64,000 nt of DNA, taken from IMG/VR virus record IMGVR_UViG_3300022936_000008, one strand, 5' to 3'. This document shows, one piece after another, positions 1-9,280 of this stretch. Origin of the DNA: an uncultured virus (IMG/VR IMGVR_UViG_3300022936_000008). Taxonomy: Duplodnaviria > Heunggongvirae > Uroviricota > Caudoviricetes. Positions within the stretch are counted from its first letter, which is position 1, and each line of letters opens with the position of its first letter. Made by a program: the position numbers and the translations under genes. Below the pieces are notes generated by a model. It worked only from the letters and a program-made list of their open reading frames with translations. It made no database searches and was not told the DNA's origin.

Positions 1-1
1 C

Positions 2-148
2 TCAACCCCTGCAAAAAAAGTTTTAGACGAGAAAAACTTAGAACCAAAAGAAAGAAACAGACTTCTTAACATCCGCATTCAGGAATTAGAAAAAGAAGTT
101 GAAAAATTAACAATGCAACTTAATGAACTCGAGCAATCAAATCCTTGA
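2..148 (+). CDS. 3' end of a coiled-coil hypothetical protein (truncated by window start)
   Basis: Frame 2 is open from the window start (STPAKKVLDEKNLEPKERNRLLNIRIQELEKEVEKLTMQLNELEQSNP) to TGA at 146-148, overlapping the next ATG. Confidence 0.6.
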   Translation, partial: STPAKKVLDEKNLEPKERNRLLNIRIQELEKEVEKLTMQLNELEQSNP

Positions 149-326
149 TGAGTTTTACCGCTTGTCCGGCGCAGAAAATGACCACCAATTTGCCCAACTC
201 TCTCACCAATCCCCCGCAGCAGTTTGTATGTGGCGCAGAGCTAAAAATCCTGTAGAGCCAACACTCAGAAAGCTGTTTGAAATAGCACAAGAATTAAATC
301 TAAAATTAAATATATCAATACAATGA
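123..326 (+). CDS. Small XRE/Cro-like helix-turn-helix protein
   Basis: 67 aa; FAQLSHQSPAAVCMWRRAKNPVEPTLRKLFEIAQEL fits the XRE HTH pattern. Confidence 0.6.
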   Translation: MNSSNQILDEFYRLSGAENDHQFAQLSHQSPAAVCMWRRAKNPVEPTLRKLFEIAQELNLKLNISIQ

Positions 327-2158
327 AAAAATTATTAAGTTTATTAACCTTACTGTTATTTAGCGGCGGTTTTGCACAAAATATTACAAATCTGAAGGAA
401 TATGACATAGTAATGTCTTCACCAACAGAATTCAGTGCTTATTATGGTAATACAAAACAAAGTGTATTACAGCAATTTGAGAAAATGATTGCGGCAGCAA
501 ATATCGTATTTGAAAGAGATGGTGGTTTCAGATTAAAACTGTCTCCTGAATCTGAAAAATTAATATTTATTGGATCAGACCCTTATTCAAGTTTTGTAAA
601 TTACGCAACAGAATTAAGTAGTGCTGTAAGAAGTAGAGTTAGTAGAGACAAATACCATTTAGCACATTTAGTAAATGTTGGCTCAAATACTGCAAGTGCT
701 TTTTCAATAGGGAATGTGTGTAGTGAAAATAATGATAAAGCTTTTAGTCAAGGCTATCAAAACGAGTGGTTTCTATATAATTATTTCCTCCACGAGATAG
801 GCCACCAATTTGGTACTACACATTCATTTACTAACAAGTTAGAAGCAGGTGGCATTAACACCGAAGCTAATATGGGGTCAACTATTATGGCCAATAATAT
901 CAAAAACCTGCCAATGTTTAGTGCCGGGGCAATTAATCAAATGATTCAATACACTAATAGGCTAACGTGCGGAAGAGATACAGGTATTGCTAAATCTAAC
1001 ATCACTATTAATCCACAACAAAAATCTTACAAGTTTCCTTATGGGACTGCATTTATGTTAACTGTTGATGGAAATGGAGACTATTACAGCATTGAACAAA
1101 ATGATATCGGCATTGTAGCTAATTCAAATCCGCAGTTAAATAATACATCATCGGGGCCAAAATTTACAACATATATGATTACAGACACCCCTAACAGATA
1201 TTTTCCAAGATTGAGTAATATTAAATTAGGAATTAATTGTGACAGAGAAGAATGTTTAGTTACAAGAGCAAGAGATTTAAAATTCTACTACTCAGTTAGG
1301 GGTAAATACGGTTCTAAACTAGCCACTGTCACACATAAAATATCAGGACTAGCGGGAAACTTTAATATATTATCACAAAATAGCAGTGTTGGGTATGCAG
1401 CTAATGATAGAGTGTTGGTTGAATGGAATGTCGGCGGAACAAATGCAAATGATATAAACGAAAAAACAGTTGATATATTTTTAGCGACAGATGGTATTAA
1501 TTTCAATAACACACTGTTGAAAGGTACGCCAAATGATGGATCTGAATACATCACTATTCCTAATTTAGTTGGAAACACTAACAGAATTATGGTTAAAGGT
1601 AGTACTATTCCGTTTTTAGATATTAATAATGCTGATTTTTCAATAACACAATCTAAACCTACAAACTTAGTTGCAACGCAAATTAAGACGACTTCTGCCA
1701 TCCTTAGTTGGGTTGGAAGCGGCAATTTTGAAATTTATAAGGATGGTAGGCTTCTTGTAACTACACCGAATAGTAATTATACAGTTTCAGGACTTACTTT
1801 AAACACAGTTTATAGATTTTATGTAAAAGCTGTTGGGGGCGAATCTACAGAAACTATTTCGATTACAACTCTCAATAGGGCTGTTGGGGATGTTATTCAG
1901 CCAACAATTCCTCAGTCTTTATCTGCGGTTTCTGCTACATCTTCCATCAGGTTATCTTGGCTACCGTCCACTGATAATGTAGGTATTTTGAACTATTCGG
2001 TTTATGTGAATGGAGTTTTTAAAGCTTCTGTTGTGGGTACGAATTACAATATCACCGGGCTTTCAAGAGGTACAACTTATAAATTATCGGTGATGGCAAA
2101 GGACACTTCAGAAAATAGATCAAATGAAAGTGAAATTATTTCAATAAAAACTTTGTAA
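323..2158 (+). CDS. Secreted reprolysin-like (M12B) zinc metalloprotease with two fibronectin type III domains
   Basis: Sec signal peptide MKKLLSLLTLLLFSGGFAQ; metzincin motif HEIGHQFGTTH; Met-turn STIMA; TPNDGSE domain typical of flavobacterial reprolysins; FN3 repeats (LSWLPSTDNVGILNYSVY). Confidence 0.85.
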   Translation: MKKLLSLLTLLLFSGGFAQNITNLKEYDIVMSSPTEFSAYYGNTKQSVLQQFEKMIAAANIVFERDGGFRLKLSPESEKLIFIGSDPYSSFVNYATELSSAVRSRVSRDKYHLAHLVNVGSNTASAFSIGNVCSENNDKAFSQGYQNEWFLYNYFLHEIGHQFGTTHSFTNKLEAGGINTEANMGSTIMANNIKNLPMFSAGAINQMIQYTNRLTCGRDTGIAKSNITINPQQKSYKFPYGTAFMLTVDGNGDYYSIEQNDIGIVANSNPQLNNTSSGPKFTTYMITDTPNRYFPRLSNIKLGINCDREECLVTRARDLKFYYSVRGKYGSKLATVTHKISGLAGNFNILSQNSSVGYAANDRVLVEWNVGGTNANDINEKTVDIFLATDGINFNNTLLKGTPNDGSEYITIPNLVGNTNRIMVKGSTIPFLDINNADFSITQSKPTNLVATQIKTTSAILSWVGSGNFEIYKDGRLLVTTPNSNYTVSGLTLNTVYRFYVKAVGGESTETISITTLNRAVGDVIQPTIPQSLSAVSATSSIRLSWLPSTDNVGILNYSVYVNGVFKASVVGTNYNITGLSRGTTYKLSVMAKDTSENRSNESEIISIKTL

Positions 2159-2181
2159 TTCAAAATAAAGTTGTATATTTG
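2152..2181 (+). promoter_or_regulatory. Bacteroidota primary-sigma promoter (-33 TTTG / -7 TAnnTTTG)
   Basis: TTTG 2152-2155, 18-nt spacer, TATATTTG 2174-2181. Confidence 0.75.
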
Positions 2182-2193
2182 TAGAAGAAATAA

Positions 2194-2402
2194 GGGGGTG
2201 TACATTAAGTCTACATCAGGCATGATGTAAGGAGTGTGAGTCTTCTACCCTCGAAAATATTGTGCGTAGCGAACTGCATCAATAAATACTCTCGCTATTT
2301 TAACTATTGTAATGCTTAGAAATAAGACATAAAGTAAATATGATGGAGTCCAGAACAGTGGTGAGATATTTTATAACACCTGAAACCATATTACAATAGT
2401 TA
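2194..2402 (+). ncRNA. Cluster of candidate structured RNAs (tRNA-like element, H-type pseudoknot, long-stem multiloop)
   Basis: ORF-free region directly after the promoter with several strong complementary segments; see findings. Confidence 0.5.
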
Positions 2403-2428
2403 TTTTTATTAACATTAAATTCAATATT

Positions 2429-2596
2429 ATGAAAACAGTACCATTAACATTATTAATTTGCACTACACTATTTGTAGGCGCAATCATTTTGGACAATAAC
2501 AGAGGTAGATTATTTAGAGTATCTGACAACACAGAATATAAATTTATATCAAGAGAGCTGCCAACAGCTTCTGTTGATTCAACTGAAGTTAGGTAA
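2429..2596 (+). CDS. Small protein with N-terminal hydrophobic segment (55 aa, not in ORF track)
   Basis: MKTVPLTLLICTTLFVGAIILDNNRGRLF... translated by hand. Confidence 0.55.
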   Translation: MKTVPLTLLICTTLFVGAIILDNNRGRLFRVSDNTEYKFISRELPTASVDSTEVR

Positions 2597-2636
2597 TTAT
2601 GAAAGAATTTAACCTTTTTACTAAGCCGCCGAAAAA

Positions 2637-2762
2637 ATGAAAAAACACATAACAGCTAATGGAACTTGCTCTGATTGCGGGAGTCCTGATATTGGGGATG
2701 ATAATTTGAATTGGTGGTGCAACAACTGCGACAAAACCCGGCGGAAAAGACACAATAACTGA
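2637..2762 (+). CDS. Small zinc-ribbon protein (41 aa, not in ORF track)
   Basis: MKKHITANGTCSDCGSPDIGDDNLNWWCNNCDKTRRKRHNN, two CxxC pairs. Confidence 0.55.
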   Translation: MKKHITANGTCSDCGSPDIGDDNLNWWCNNCDKTRRKRHNN

Positions 2763-2798
2763 CATTTCAAAAACATTTAAAGTAATAAGAGAAGCGTT

Positions 2799-3068
2799 AT
2801 GCAACCAAAAAGAAAAATAATAAGAGAAAATGCTATCGACAAAGATTTTGAAACAAATGAAGATATTGCCATTGACGACCTTTTAGATTTACTTGTTAAA
2901 GCGAAGGGATCAGGTTCGAAGTTTATAAGATTTTGGGCTTCTGGTTCTTATGATGGAAATGTTGACGAAATTGAGATAAGTACATTTTTCTACAGAGATG
3001 AGTCCGATGAAGAGTTTTTCAAACGTGTAGAAGAGGAAAAATGGCGGGAAGAAAAAAGACAACAGTAA
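2799..3068 (+). CDS. Hypothetical acidic phage protein
   Basis: 89-aa ORF in operon orientation. Confidence 0.6.
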   Translation: MQPKRKIIRENAIDKDFETNEDIAIDDLLDLLVKAKGSGSKFIRFWASGSYDGNVDEIEISTFFYRDESDEEFFKRVEEEKWREEKRQQ

Positions 3069-3388
3069 AAAGAAGATGAAAAAAACAGCTGTCTGAACAA
3101 TTAAAACGGAAATATGGAAAAACCTAAACCAGAGAATTACAACAGCGACAAACAATATCAAGAAGCATTAAAGAATTGGGAAACTTATAAATCTTGGACA
3201 TGAGGGAAACTTTAACTTTAATATTTGGTGTAGGTCTCATAATAGACTTTATTTTAATGGTGTTTTTAGATGTTTTAAAAGTTTTTACTAAGATACCACA
3301 TCAGAAGTTAAATGATGTTGGAGCATTTTTATCTCTCACTTTTATTTTCTTGATTATATTTTTCACTTTAACTGTTGTTGGTTAACAA

Positions 3389-3931
3389 ATGCAAGCTAAA
3401 AATAAAGAATGTATTATTTGTCACAGAGAGGATCAACCGTGGTTTAGCAAAAAGCGTTGTAAAAGATGTGCGGCTATTGAGGATTTTAAACCGCCGGAGA
3501 AAAAAACAACACTAAAAGCTAAAAAACGTACACCAATAAAAAAGCAAAGCGAGGCTAATAAAAAGAAACGATCATATGAAAGAGCAGGATTTGGAGAGTT
3601 TTTTCAACGAATGATACAAAGAGTCATAGATGAAAAGATATGCTGCGAGAACTGCCAAAAGCCACTCTATAATCCCGACTCAAGTGTTGTAGCTCACATA
3701 TTAAGCAAATCAAAACATCTTGAAGTTGCAATTGAAGATAATAATGTAGTTTTTTTGTGCGGGATATATTCAGACTCGCAGTGCCATTCAAAATTCGACA
3801 GTTCACTCTCTACACGCAAAACTCTTTCGGTATTTAAAATCGCCGCAGAAAGACTGAAAACAATAAAACACTTAATAATTAACCACTCGAAAGAATATCA
3901 ACAATTTTTAGAATATTATGAGCAAAATTAA
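3389..3931 (+). CDS. Zinc-finger HNH-like nuclease
   Basis: CIIC..CKRC N-terminal finger; CENC...AHILSK...NNVVFLC...CHSKFD His-Me pattern. Confidence 0.65.
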   Translation: MQAKNKECIICHREDQPWFSKKRCKRCAAIEDFKPPEKKTTLKAKKRTPIKKQSEANKKKRSYERAGFGEFFQRMIQRVIDEKICCENCQKPLYNPDSSVVAHILSKSKHLEVAIEDNNVVFLCGIYSDSQCHSKFDSSLSTRKTLSVFKIAAERLKTIKHLIINHSKEYQQFLEYYEQN

Positions 3932-4379
3932 ATACACATACACAGGGATATTTGTAGACGATACCTTTCTACTCTTATCAGACATAGTTGATGAGTGTAA
4001 CAAAATTAAACTACAAAAACAGCAGTTGGTTATACTGAAAATAGAATGGAGTGGTCACAGAGGCTGGGATGGTGCAACTGAAAGAAGAGTACTGCCCAGA
4101 AAAGTTGCCCAAAGAGTCAAAGAATTAATGCTAAATAAGCAAGTGTATTTTGGAGAAATTGCCGGAAAACACTCTGAGATTTGGGGAAATATGGATGAAG
4201 AAGATTTTCAAATTTTCGCGGATAAAAAAGACGTACTAAAATTTCTAAAAGATTTTCCAAATGGCGTAGACTATGACCACAGTTTTATTGATACTTTCTT
4301 AAATCAAATGGAAGATGGAGAGTACGAAGATATGACTGAGGAAGAAGAAAAAGAATTTAGTTCATATTGGTTAGAATAA
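3918..4379 (+). CDS. Hypothetical phage protein
   Basis: 153-aa ORF overlapping the upstream gene. Confidence 0.65.
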   Translation: MSKIKYTYTGIFVDDTFLLLSDIVDECNKIKLQKQQLVILKIEWSGHRGWDGATERRVLPRKVAQRVKELMLNKQVYFGEIAGKHSEIWGNMDEEDFQIFADKKDVLKFLKDFPNGVDYDHSFIDTFLNQMEDGEYEDMTEEEEKEFSSYWLE

Positions 4380-4392
4380 ATTTTACCAATTT
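4371..4392 (+). repeat. 22-bp element TTAGAATAAATTTTACCAATTT, copy 1
   Basis: Exact reverse complement at 54615-54636. Confidence 0.8.
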
Positions 4393-4421
4393 GGTAGTGT
4401 GGGAATGAATAGGTAAGTTTG
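4390..4421 (+). promoter_or_regulatory. Bacteroidota-type promoter
   Basis: TTTG 4390-4393, 20-nt spacer, TAAGTTTG 4414-4421. Confidence 0.65.
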
Positions 4422-4605
4422 CGGTAATAATGAAAACCAAAGAGTAGCACAAGGGCTCTCTTCATTCTGGAATAAAATAGATTTTAATAACAGTAAAATC
4501 GACACGATATATCTTTGGATAGACCATTGAATAGACTTGAGTTAGACACTGTTATTGTTTTAGCTCTTTTTTATTTTATGGTCTTTTGTTTTTTCCGCCC
4601 CATTT

Positions 4606-5406
4606 ATGAAACAAACTGTTTTTCTTAATTCTATTCTTTATGCCAACCTTTACAATAATCATTGTGAGGTTAATGGTGATAGATTGATAGCAGTTTATAG
4701 TATTCTAAAAGCAGTTAAACGTGGAAGAGATAAAATTCCGGCAAAGAAAAACAAAAACTACGCTTTACTACATAAGTCAACAAAACTATCTATTAAAACA
4801 CTCAAAAAGTATATTCCTGTATTAATTAAGATGGGGCTGTGCGCGTTTTCAAATAGTGGAGATTTTGTAATGTTAGGGTCAAATAAAATTCACCGAAAAT
4901 ATAAAACAAAAAATAAACAGAAGTTTGTAGGTATTACCATTGATACTTTTACAAAAACAACTTTAAACGCTTTCAAAGTGAGGGTGTATTCAATGGAGCA
5001 AGCTCAGAAAAACAGGATTGATAAATCTTTTTTGCAGAAAAACATCATGTCAAGAGTTGAAAGTAATAAATACCTTACACCACAAGAGAGTAAAATATAT
5101 AAGGCTCTTGCTAAAAAAGGGATTACACTTTCTTCATTTAATAATTATTGCGAAGAAGTAGTTTTATCAGTTTGTGGATTTGGTTTGTTGAAGTCAGGTG
5201 TTAGAGATAGACTGTATTTAGGAGCTTACTGGAAAAATAAACTTATTTCCGCCGGGATAATAAAATCCACAAGAAGAACAGCTAAAATTCGTAAGTGTTC
5301 TAAGGCAGAATTTGAAAAGTTAAAAACCCAAAATTTCTCCATTCATCTATCCTTGTTTAAGGGGTGGTTGTATAGGGAAGAGGTCTCTTCATTCAGCACA
5401 ATCTAA
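4606..5406 (+). CDS. Basic winged-helix DNA-binding protein (replication-initiator-like)
   Basis: YALLHKSTKLSIKTLKKYIPVLIKMGL resembles a wHTH recognition helix; very Lys-rich. Confidence 0.5.
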   Translation: MKQTVFLNSILYANLYNNHCEVNGDRLIAVYSILKAVKRGRDKIPAKKNKNYALLHKSTKLSIKTLKKYIPVLIKMGLCAFSNSGDFVMLGSNKIHRKYKTKNKQKFVGITIDTFTKTTLNAFKVRVYSMEQAQKNRIDKSFLQKNIMSRVESNKYLTPQESKIYKALAKKGITLSSFNNYCEEVVLSVCGFGLLKSGVRDRLYLGAYWKNKLISAGIIKSTRRTAKIRKCSKAEFEKLKTQNFSIHLSLFKGWLYREEVSSFSTI

Positions 5407-5474
5407 AAATACCCTTGCTTGACATAGTTGATTAGAAAAAAGCACATTCTTACACTTAGTGAGGGTGAATAGTT

Positions 5475-5948
5475 ATGAAAAATAATAAGCCATTAAACTT
5501 AAGTACTGTAAGAAGATTTGTAACTCAGGTAGTGTCTTCAAAAGAAGAAGTCCCCAAAGGGAGTACATTGAAGTATTTATGTATGCAATATAAGAAACTG
5601 TTTAAACCTCAGTGGATTAAAATATACCCCACTTTAAACAATAAGCAATTCTGGGACATCTTAAAAAAGATCTATAGGAAACATTCAAAACAGAAAATAA
5701 AAAGCACTTTAGACTATAAGACATATATAAAATCAGAGATTTGGAAATTAGTAGTTGCCAGAATAAAAAAGCAAAGAAACAACAGTTGTGAAATCTGTGG
5801 CAATAAAAAGTATCTTCAGGTTCATCACTTAACTTATAAGAACTTAGGTCAAGAAAAAGATGAAGACTTACAATTACTTTGCGGAGCATGTCACATGAAA
5901 CAGCACGGAATAGAAAAGAAAATTGATTATAATACTTTTAAAGAATAG
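5475..5948 (+). CDS. HNH endonuclease
   Basis: YIKSEIWK...CEICG...LQVHHLTYKNLG...DLQLLCGACHMKQH. Confidence 0.85.
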   Translation: MKNNKPLNLSTVRRFVTQVVSSKEEVPKGSTLKYLCMQYKKLFKPQWIKIYPTLNNKQFWDILKKIYRKHSKQKIKSTLDYKTYIKSEIWKLVVARIKKQRNNSCEICGNKKYLQVHHLTYKNLGQEKDEDLQLLCGACHMKQHGIEKKIDYNTFKE

Positions 5949-6009
5949 GAACTAAAACACACGCATATTGCATATTTCAATCCGCGATATAACCCTAAAA
6001 CCAAAATAA

Positions 6010-6531
6010 ATGGACAATAACTTAATGTTTTCATCAGCTTATGATGCGTGGGCAACCCCACAAGACTTTTTTGATAAGTTACATAAGATACACAATTTTG
6101 AAATAGATGTTTGTGCAGCTAAAGAAACTAGAAAATGTGAAAAATATTTTACTAAAGAAGATAGTTGTTTTGATAAAAATTGGCACGAACCAAGCCTTAT
6201 AAATGGATATACAGTTTGTTTTATGAATCCGCCATATGGCAGAAAGATAGGCAAGTTTATAAAAGAGGCTTATGAGCAGAGTTTAAGAGGGGCTAAAGTA
6301 GTTTGCCTACTACCAGCTAGAACAGATACGAAATGGTTTCACGATTATTGTGTAAAAGGAGAAATTGAGTTTATTAAAGGTAGGCTTACTTTTGGAACAG
6401 ATGAATATTGGGCTTGGGTGTGGGAACAAGAATATCTTCCGGGACAAGAAAAGAAAAACTCTCTCTATAAAAAATACGGAAGAAAAAATCCTGCACCATT
6501 TCCGTCAATGTTAGTAATCTTTGATTTATAA
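6010..6531 (+). CDS. Phage DNA N6-adenine methyltransferase (phage Dam family)
   Basis: WATPQDFFD, DVCA, FMNPPYG catalytic motif, LLPARTDTKWFH, APFPS. Confidence 0.9.
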   Translation: MDNNLMFSSAYDAWATPQDFFDKLHKIHNFEIDVCAAKETRKCEKYFTKEDSCFDKNWHEPSLINGYTVCFMNPPYGRKIGKFIKEAYEQSLRGAKVVCLLPARTDTKWFHDYCVKGEIEFIKGRLTFGTDEYWAWVWEQEYLPGQEKKNSLYKKYGRKNPAPFPSMLVIFDL

Positions 6532-6534
6532 AAT

Positions 6535-6966
6535 ATGGAATTCACATTATTTACACCACAAGAATACATCGAGCAAGAAAGATTCAAAGACCTACCTCAA
6601 GAAGTTAAAGATGAAATAGTGAGGATAAGATCTACTTATGAATACATGAATTGGGAAATTTGGAAAGGACTGCTCGAACAACGCCAGATTTGCAGAACAC
6701 ATAAATTAAAGAAGCCACGAACTTTGTGGGTGGATGAGGATGGAAAGATTTGGTATTTTTCTCATTATAGTCAAAGTTTCGTTTACGCTGGATTTTTCCA
6801 TTCGCCGGAATTTTTACAAGAACGTGCCGAAAAAGAAGAATCTGAAAGACGAGAAATTGAAGAACGCAGAGAGAAGAAAAAACAGCTAAAGGCGGAAGCC
6901 CACGCAGCAAAGAATAAAAAACCAGAAGTTATTGTAAAAAAGAAACGAAAACGCATTGTTAGATAA
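6535..6966 (+). CDS. Hypothetical protein with charged C-terminal tail
   Basis: 143-aa ORF. Confidence 0.6.
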   Translation: MEFTLFTPQEYIEQERFKDLPQEVKDEIVRIRSTYEYMNWEIWKGLLEQRQICRTHKLKKPRTLWVDEDGKIWYFSHYSQSFVYAGFFHSPEFLQERAEKEESERREIEERREKKKQLKAEAHAAKNKKPEVIVKKKRKRIVR

Positions 6967-6970
6967 AAAA

Positions 6971-6987
6971 TTAATCTTATATTTGCA
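6971..6987 (+). promoter_or_regulatory. Bacteroidota -7 promoter element just upstream of an ATG
   Basis: TTAATCTTATATTTGCA, identical to 29719-29735; TATATTTG at 6978-6985; ATG at 6989. Confidence 0.7.
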
Positions 6988-6988
6988 T

Positions 6989-7243
6989 ATGGAAAGTTAT
7001 AAAGCATACAGACACGAGAGTAACCCTAAAGAAAAAGAGTTACACGATAAATTTACAGAAGAGCATCTATTTGCTGATTATATTGATTTACTTATTTTTC
7101 CTCCGGCAAATATGAACCAAACTTACGCAGAAGACACATTATCAGAAAGAGAGAAGAGAATTGTACTTTCAACTATTCAATGGGTGGGAAGTCCTGTCGG
7201 GCAATCATTTTTAAGCAGTTGTGGTTTTGAATTGAAAAAATAA
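6989..7243 (+). CDS. Hypothetical protein (start revised from 6956)
   Basis: MESYKAYRHE...TIQWVGSPVGQSFL; ATG lies just after the promoter. Confidence 0.6.
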   Translation: MESYKAYRHESNPKEKELHDKFTEEHLFADYIDLLIFPPANMNQTYAEDTLSEREKRIVLSTIQWVGSPVGQSFLSSCGFELKK

Positions 7244-7247
7244 AATT

Positions 7248-7400
7248 ATGAAAAAATTTGAATACAAAACATTCAACCACAGATTGTCAGACGAAGTTTT
7301 AAATGAATTAGGTGAGGATGGTTGGGAGTTAGTTTCACATTCTGCGGCGGCAAATGAAAGATCAATGTCACAATATTATATTTTTAAACGAGAATTATGA
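7248..7400 (+). CDS. DUF4177-like small protein (50 aa, not in ORF track)
   Basis: MKKFEYKT...LNELGEDGWELVS...YIFKREL matches the family pattern. Confidence 0.7.
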   Translation: MKKFEYKTFNHRLSDEVLNELGEDGWELVSHSAAANERSMSQYYIFKREL

Positions 7401-8201
7401 AAAGACTAAAAATAAAATACGTTATCGATAATGATAATATGACAGATGATGAGTACGATAGCCAAAAAGAAAGGGAGTTTATTATCTCAGTAAATATGAT
7501 AAGAAATTTAATTCTGCAAAATGATAACCGAATCGGAAATTTTGACAGTATTGAAATAGAAGATATAAGTATGATATGATAACACCCAAACAGGTAGAAG
7601 AAATTGGACTTTATCAAAATTCTAAACAGAAACATTTGTTTTCGGATATGGAGGACATTGTATTCAATTTAAAAACTAGAGAACTTTTTTACCATAGTTG
7701 TGTTGATGGGGAATTAACTTTAGCTATGGATAGAATAAAAACTGTTGATGACTTAAAGCAAGCACTTTATGATTGTTTTCCTCACAATAGAAACGAACTA
7801 AATTTAGACTATTGATGAAAAAATACACAAAAGAAGAATTATACAGCCGCGACAGACTAAGGATGTCAGACCTCAGAAAATTTATAGATAACCACAAAGA
7901 TATTCCAGATAATGTTCCTGTTTTGTTACATCGTGTAGAAGACTATTATTTTGAAAAAGTTAATTGGGCAGTTTGGTTACATAAAGGTTTTCATTGGTTC
8001 TCAACAAAGCGGATGAATGAAAAAATGGAACAGGAAAAAGTTCACAGAGCCGCCGGAAAGAAAACGGACTACCCCAAAATAGAAGATCCAGATGATCACA
8101 TCACTCCTATGACAGATGAGTTAAAAGAACAGTATATGGATGCTCATTGCATTTTCACAAATAAAGAGGAAGATTTAATTTTTATAACACCTCATTACTA
8201 A
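7397..8201 (+). other. Run of three small hypothetical ORFs (7397-7579, 7576-7815, 7812-8201)
   Basis: Translationally coupled overlapping starts and stops. Confidence 0.6.
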
Positions 8202-8356
8202 TGGTAGAGATTTGGAAAGAAGAAGATAAGGATGCAAAAATGTATTTTTATTATGATGTTGTATTAGGACTAATTTATAAATGCTATTGATATGAAACTA
8301 GAATTAGAAAATCATTTAAAAGAAAACTTTCCACAAGTAAATATAGAATATAAATT

Positions 8357-8791
8357 ATGACACTACGAGAACTACAACCGTTGATTATAAATTGGGCGGC
8401 AGAAAAAGATTTATTAAAACCAGAAAACGCATCAAAACAAAGACTTAAACTAATTGAAGAAGTTGGAGAGATAGCCTCTGCGATACTAAGAAATAATGTT
8501 GAAGGAATAAAAGACGGCATAGGGGATGTTTATGTAGTTTTGGTAATTCTATCTGCTCAAGTTGGACAGCCTTTAGATATGGAAAACTATAAAGATGAGT
8601 TTTACAGTAATTTAACTATTGATGAAATTTTATCTGCAATTATTTACTACGAGGTGAATGTCAACTTTGATATCATTTATAAATTATGTGATAAACTAAA
8701 TGTTAACTTTGAAGATTGTGCAAATTTGGCGTGGAATGAAATTAAAAACAGAACAGGAAAAACTGTTGGTGGAACATTTATAAAAAATTGA
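8357..8791 (+). CDS. MazG-like nucleotide pyrophosphohydrolase
   Basis: WAAEKDL...QRLKLIEEVGEIA...IKDGIGDVYVVL...AWNEIKNRTGKTVGGTFIK. Confidence 0.85.
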   Translation: MTLRELQPLIINWAAEKDLLKPENASKQRLKLIEEVGEIASAILRNNVEGIKDGIGDVYVVLVILSAQVGQPLDMENYKDEFYSNLTIDEILSAIIYYEVNVNFDIIYKLCDKLNVNFEDCANLAWNEIKNRTGKTVGGTFIKN

Positions 8792-8794
8792 TTT

Positions 8795-9280
8795 ATGTTT
8801 GAAAAATTTGAATTAAGACAGGATATATTTGTTGGTGACGTTTCATCAGCAGTAGGGTTTGGTCAAAAAGAAGACACAGTTGAAGAAAAAATATTAAAAC
8901 TAATTTATAAAGAGCTTAAAACTTTAGGCTCATCAAGTACTTTAGAATCTTACTTTCACAAAGGTAATGGGTTAAATTTAATTGTATATAAAAGAGAAAT
9001 TGAATATTTTAAGTGGGGAATAAGAAGATTGGTAAATGAACAAGGTATTAATTTTACTTTAGTTTTCCCTGATGGCGAACCAAAAATAACAGTTTCTTCT
9101 TATAAACGCTATAATAAGTTAATTACAACCGTCACTTGTGGAACTGTTTCATTTGAGCTTTCGCCGCAAGAAAAAAGCAAGCTACAGGAAGCTGCCATAA
9201 GCTGGGAAAAATTAGCACAAATAGCTTCAGAAAAACAATTGGAAGAAAAAATTGATTTAAGATTAAAATCAAATGAATAA
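8795..9280 (+). CDS. Hypothetical protein
   Basis: 161-aa ORF. Confidence 0.6.
   Translation: MFEKFELRQDIFVGDVSSAVGFGQKEDTVEEKILKLIYKELKTLGSSSTLESYFHKGNGLNLIVYKREIEYFKWGIRRLVNEQGINFTLVFPDGEPKITVSSYKRYNKLITTVTCGTVSFELSPQEKSKLQEAAISWEKLAQIASEKQLEEKIDLRLKSNE

Noticed and set aside
2194..2252. Canonical tRNA gene
   Set aside because: No D-arm, no 7-nt anticodon loop, no TTCG T-loop or CCA; kept only as a tRNA-like candidate
3066..3127. Possible read-through extending the 2799 ORF to ..EQLKRKYGKT
   Set aside because: Needs both stop suppression and a frameshift; too weak to call without homologues
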